Shown here in pieces: positions 48,401 through 52,343 of a stretch of DNA of 52,343 bases. The DNA is from Octopus sinensis. Its lineage: Eukaryota. The stretch is taken from positions 1 through 52,343 of the forward strand of contig NW_021832984.1 of the NCBI RefSeq assembly GCF_006345805.1, in the 5' to 3' direction. The position numbers and the translations under genes are program-made. How positions within the stretch are numbered: position 1 is the stretch's first letter; each line of letters opens with the position of its first letter. The notes below the pieces were generated by a model. It ran no database searches. It had not been told where the DNA came from and was given only the letters and a program-made list of their open reading frames with translations.

Positions 48401-51400
48401 AAAATAGAGCAGTATTGTTTCTGCAGAAAACAGAGCAGTATTGTTTCTGTAGAAAACAGAGCAGTATTGTTTCTGCAGAAAACAGAGCAGTATTGTTTCT
48501 GCAGAAAACAGAGCAGTATTGTTTCTGCAGAAAACAGAGCAGTATTGTTTCTGCAGAAAACAGAGCAGTATTGTTTCTGTAGAAAAAAGAGCAGTATTGT
48601 TTCTGCAGAAAACAGAGCAGTATTGTTTCTGCAGAAAACAGAGCAGTATTGTTTCTGCAGAAAATAGAGCAGTATTGTTTCTGCAGAAAATAGAGCAGTA
48701 TTGTTTCTGCAGAAAACAGAGCAGTATTGTTTCTGCAGAAACAGAGCAGTATTGTTTCTGCAGAAAAGAGAGCAGTATTGTTCTGCAGAAAAGAGAGCAG
48801 TATTGTTTTTCTGCAGAAAACAGAGCAGTAATGTTTCTGCAGAAAACAGAGCAGTATTGTTTCTGCAGAAAACAGAGCAGTATTGTTTCTGCAGAAAAGA
48901 GAGCAGCTTTGTTTCTGCAGAAAATAGAGCATATGTTTCTGCAGAAAACAGAGCAGTATTGTTTCTGCAGAAAACAGAGCAGTATTGTTTCTGCAGAAAA
49001 CAGAGCAGTATTGTTTCTGCAGAAAACAGAGCAGTATTTTTTCTGTGAAAATAGAGCAGTATTGTTTCTGCAGAAAACAGAGCAGTATTGTTTCTGCAGA
49101 AAACAGAGCAGTGTTGTTTCTGCAGAAATAGAGCAGTATTGTTTCTGCAGAAAGAGAGCAGTATTGTTTCTGCAGAAAATAGAGCAGTATTGTTTCTGCA
49201 GAAAACAGAGTAGTATTGTTTCTGCAGAAAATAGAGCAGTATTGTTTCTGCAGAAAACAGAGCAGTATTGTTTCTGCAGAAAACAGAGCTGAATTGTTTC
49301 TGCAGAAAATAGAGCAGTATTGTTTCCGTAGAAAACAGAGCAGTATTGTTTCTGCAGAAAACAGAGCAGTATTGTTTCTGCAGAGAATAGAGCAGTATTG
49401 TTTCTGCAGAAAACAGAGCAGTATTGTTTCTGCAGAAAACAGAGCAGTATTGTTTCTGCAGAAAATAGAGCAGTATTGTTTCTGCAGAAAACAGAGCAGT
49501 ATTGTTTCTGCAGCAAAAACAGAGCAGTATTGTCTCGGCAGAATGGGAGCAGTATTGTTTCTGCAGAAAACAGAGCAGTATTGTTTCTGCAGAAAACAGA
49601 GCAGTATTGTTTCTGCAGAAATAGAGCAGTATTGTTTCGGCAGAAACAGATCAGTATTGTTTCTGCAGAAAACAGAGCAGTATTGTTTCTGCAGAAAACA
49701 GAGCAGTATTGTTTCTGCAGAAAACAGAGCAGTATTGTTTCTGCAGAAAACAGAGCAGTATTGTTTCTGCAGAATAGAGCAGTATTGTTTCTGCAGAAAA
49801 GAGAGCAGTATTGTTTCTCTGCAGAAAACAGACTGAATTGTTTCTGCAGAAAATAGAGCAGTATTGTTTCTGCAGAAAACAGAGCAGTATTGTTTCTGCA
49901 GAAAACAGAGCAGTATTGTTTCTGCAGAAAATAGAGCAGTATTGTTTCTGCAGAAAACAGAGCAGTATTGTTTCTGCAGAAAACAGAGCAGTATTGTCTC
50001 GGCAGAAAAGAGAGCAGTATTGTTTCTGCAGAAAAGAGAGCAGTATTGTTTCTGCAGAAAAGAGAGCAGTATTGTTTCTGCAGAAAATAGAGCAGTATTG
50101 TTTCTGCAGAAAACAGAGCAGTATGGTTTCTGCAGAAAACAGAGCAGTATTGTTTCTGCAGAAACAGAGAATATTGTGTTTTTTTTGCAGAAAACAGAGC
50201 AGTATTGTTTCTGCAGAAAACAGAGCAGTATTGTTTCTGCAGAAAACAGAGCAAATTGTTTCTGCAGAAAACAGAGCAGTATTGTTTCTGCAGAAAACAG
50301 AGCAGTATTGTTTCTGCAGAAAACAGAGCAGTATTGTTTCTGCAGAAAACAGAGCAGTATTGTTTCTGTAGAAAATAGAGCAGTATTGTTTCTGCAGAAA
50401 ACAAAGCAGTATTGTTTCTGCAGAAAACAGAGCAGTATTGTTTCTGCAGAAAATAGAGCAGTATTGTTTCTGCAGAAAATAGAGCAGTATTGTTTCTGCA
50501 GAAAACAGAGCAGTATTGTTTCTGCAGAAAACAGAGCAGTATTGTTTCTGCAGAAAACAGAGCAGTATTGTTCTGCAGAAAAGAGGGCAGTATTGTTTCT
50601 GCAGAAAACAGAGCAGTATTGTTTCTGCAGAAAACAGAGCAGTATTTTTTCTGCAGAAAACAGAGCAGTATTGTTTCTGCAGAAAACAGAGCAGTTTTGT
50701 TTCTGCAGAAAATAGAGCAGTATCGTTTCTGCAGAAAACAGAGCAGTATTGTTTCTGCAGAAAATAGAGCAGTATTGTTTCTGCAGAAAATAGAGCAGTA
50801 TTGTTTCTGCAGAAAAGAGAGCAGTATTGTTTCTGCAGAAAACAGTGCAGTATTGTTTCTGCAGAAAACAGAGCAGTATTGTTTCTGCAGAAAACAGAGC
50901 TGAATTGTTTCTGCAGAAAATAGAGCAGTATTGTTTCCGCAGAAACCAGAGCAGTATTGTTTCTGCAGAAAACAGAGCAGTATTGTTTCTGCAGAAAATA
51001 GAGCAGTATTGTTTCTGCAGAAAACAGAGCAGTATTGTTTCTGCAGAAAACAGAGCAGTATTGTTTCTGCAGAAAACAGAGCAGTATTGTTTCTGCAGAA
51101 AACAGAGCAGTATTGTTTCTGCAGAAAACAGAGCAGTATTGTTTCTGCAGAAAATAGAGCAGTATTGTTTCTGCAGAAAATAGAGCAGTATTGTTTCTGC
51201 AGAAAACAGAGCAGTATTGTTTCGGCAGAAAACAGAGCAGTATTGTTTCTGCAGAAAACAGAGCAGTATTGATTCTGCAGAAAACAGAGCAGTATTGTTT
51301 CTGCAGAAAACAGAGCAGTATTGTTTCTGCAGAAAACAGAGCAGTATTGTTTCTGCAGAAAACAGAGCAGTATTGTTTCCGCAGAAAACAGAGCAGTATT

Positions 51401-52343
51401 GTTTCTGCAGAAAACAGAGCAGTATTGTTTCTGCAGAAAATAGAGCAGTATTGTTTCTGCAGAAAATAGAGCAGTATTGTTTCTGCAGAAATCAGAGCAG
51501 TATTGTTTCTGCAGAAAACAGAGCAGTATTGTTTCTGCAGAAAACAGAGCAGTATTGTTCTGCAGAAAAGAGAGCAGTATTGTTTCTGCAGAAAACAGAG
51601 CGCTATTGTTTCTGCAGAAAACAGAGCAGTATTGTTTCTGCAGAAAACAGAGCAGTATTGTTTCTGCAGAAAATAGAGCAGTATTGTTTCTGCAGAAAAT
51701 AGAGCAGTATTGTTTATGCAGAAAACAGAGCAGTATTGTTTATGCAGAAAATAGAGCAGTATTGTTTCTGCAGAAAACAGAGCAGTATTGTTTCTGCACA
51801 AAACAGAGCTGAATTGTTTCTGCAGAAAATACAGCAGTATTGTTTCCGCAGAAAACAGAGCAGTATTGTTTCTGCAGAAAACAGAGCAGTATTGTTTCTG
51901 CAGAAAACAGAGCAGTATTGTTTCTGCAGGAAATAGAGCAGTATTTTTTCTGCAGAAAACAGAGCAGTATTGTTTCTGCAGAAAATAGAGCAGTATTGTT
52001 TCTGCAGAAAACAGAGCCGTATTGTTTCTGCAGAAAACAGAGCAGTATTGTTTCTGCAGAAAATTGAGCAGTATTGTTTCTGCAGAAAACAGAGCAGTAT
52101 TGTTTCTGCAGAAAATAGAGCAGTATTGTTTCTGCCTAAAACAGAGCAGTATTGTTTCTGCAGAAAACAGAGCAGTATTGTTTCTGCAGAAAATAGAGCA
52201 GTTTTGTTTCTGCAGAAAACAGAGCAGTATTGTTTCTGCAGAAAACAGAGCAGTATTGTTTCTGCAGAAAACAGAGCAGTATTGTTTCTGCAGAAAATAG
52301 AGCAGTATTGTTTCTGCAGAAAACAGAGCAGTATTGTTTCTGC
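36451..52343. repeat. Satellite DNA, 26-bp monomer AAAA(C/T)AGAGCAGTATTGTTTCTGCAG, about 610 copies, runs off the window
   Basis: Direct reading. Each junction forms the palindrome TTTCTGCAGAAA (contains a PstI site). Confidence 0.98.

Noticed and set aside
35790-52300. Very long ORFs (up to 3027 aa) on both strands
   Set aside because: They arise from a 26-bp repeat lacking stop codons on one strand. Only the 35790-36476 part is real LINE ORF2.
36451-52343. CRISPR-like palindromic repeat array
   Set aside because: No unique spacers, no cas genes, eukaryotic context

Overview
AT-rich, repeat-saturated animal genomic DNA with no recognisable host gene. The repeat landscape suggests a cephalopod (Octopus-like), but that is an inference. 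Content: several CR1-group LINE copies, a Penelope element (RT + GIY-YIG), a Dong/R4-like LINE relic, a decayed mariner, (TA)n microsatellites and several hammerhead-ribozyme motifs. Two structures stand out. (1) A nested system at 10139-20076: an apparent non-autonomous Helitron carries a fragment of a Tx1-type ORF1. A 13-15 bp site in that fragment (CACAT[C/G]GAGGAAA[GC]) has received three tandem insertions: two ORF1-only elements and one full-length Tx1-clade LINE, all sharing the same ~45-nt 3' tail. (2) A >=15.9 kb satellite of 26-bp monomers whose unit appears to be a piece of the ORF2 coding sequence of the CR1-like LINE it adjoins, with higher-order periods of about 2.64 kb and 2.15 kb. 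Many frameshifts lie in homopolymers and may be long-read errors. All calls were made by eye.
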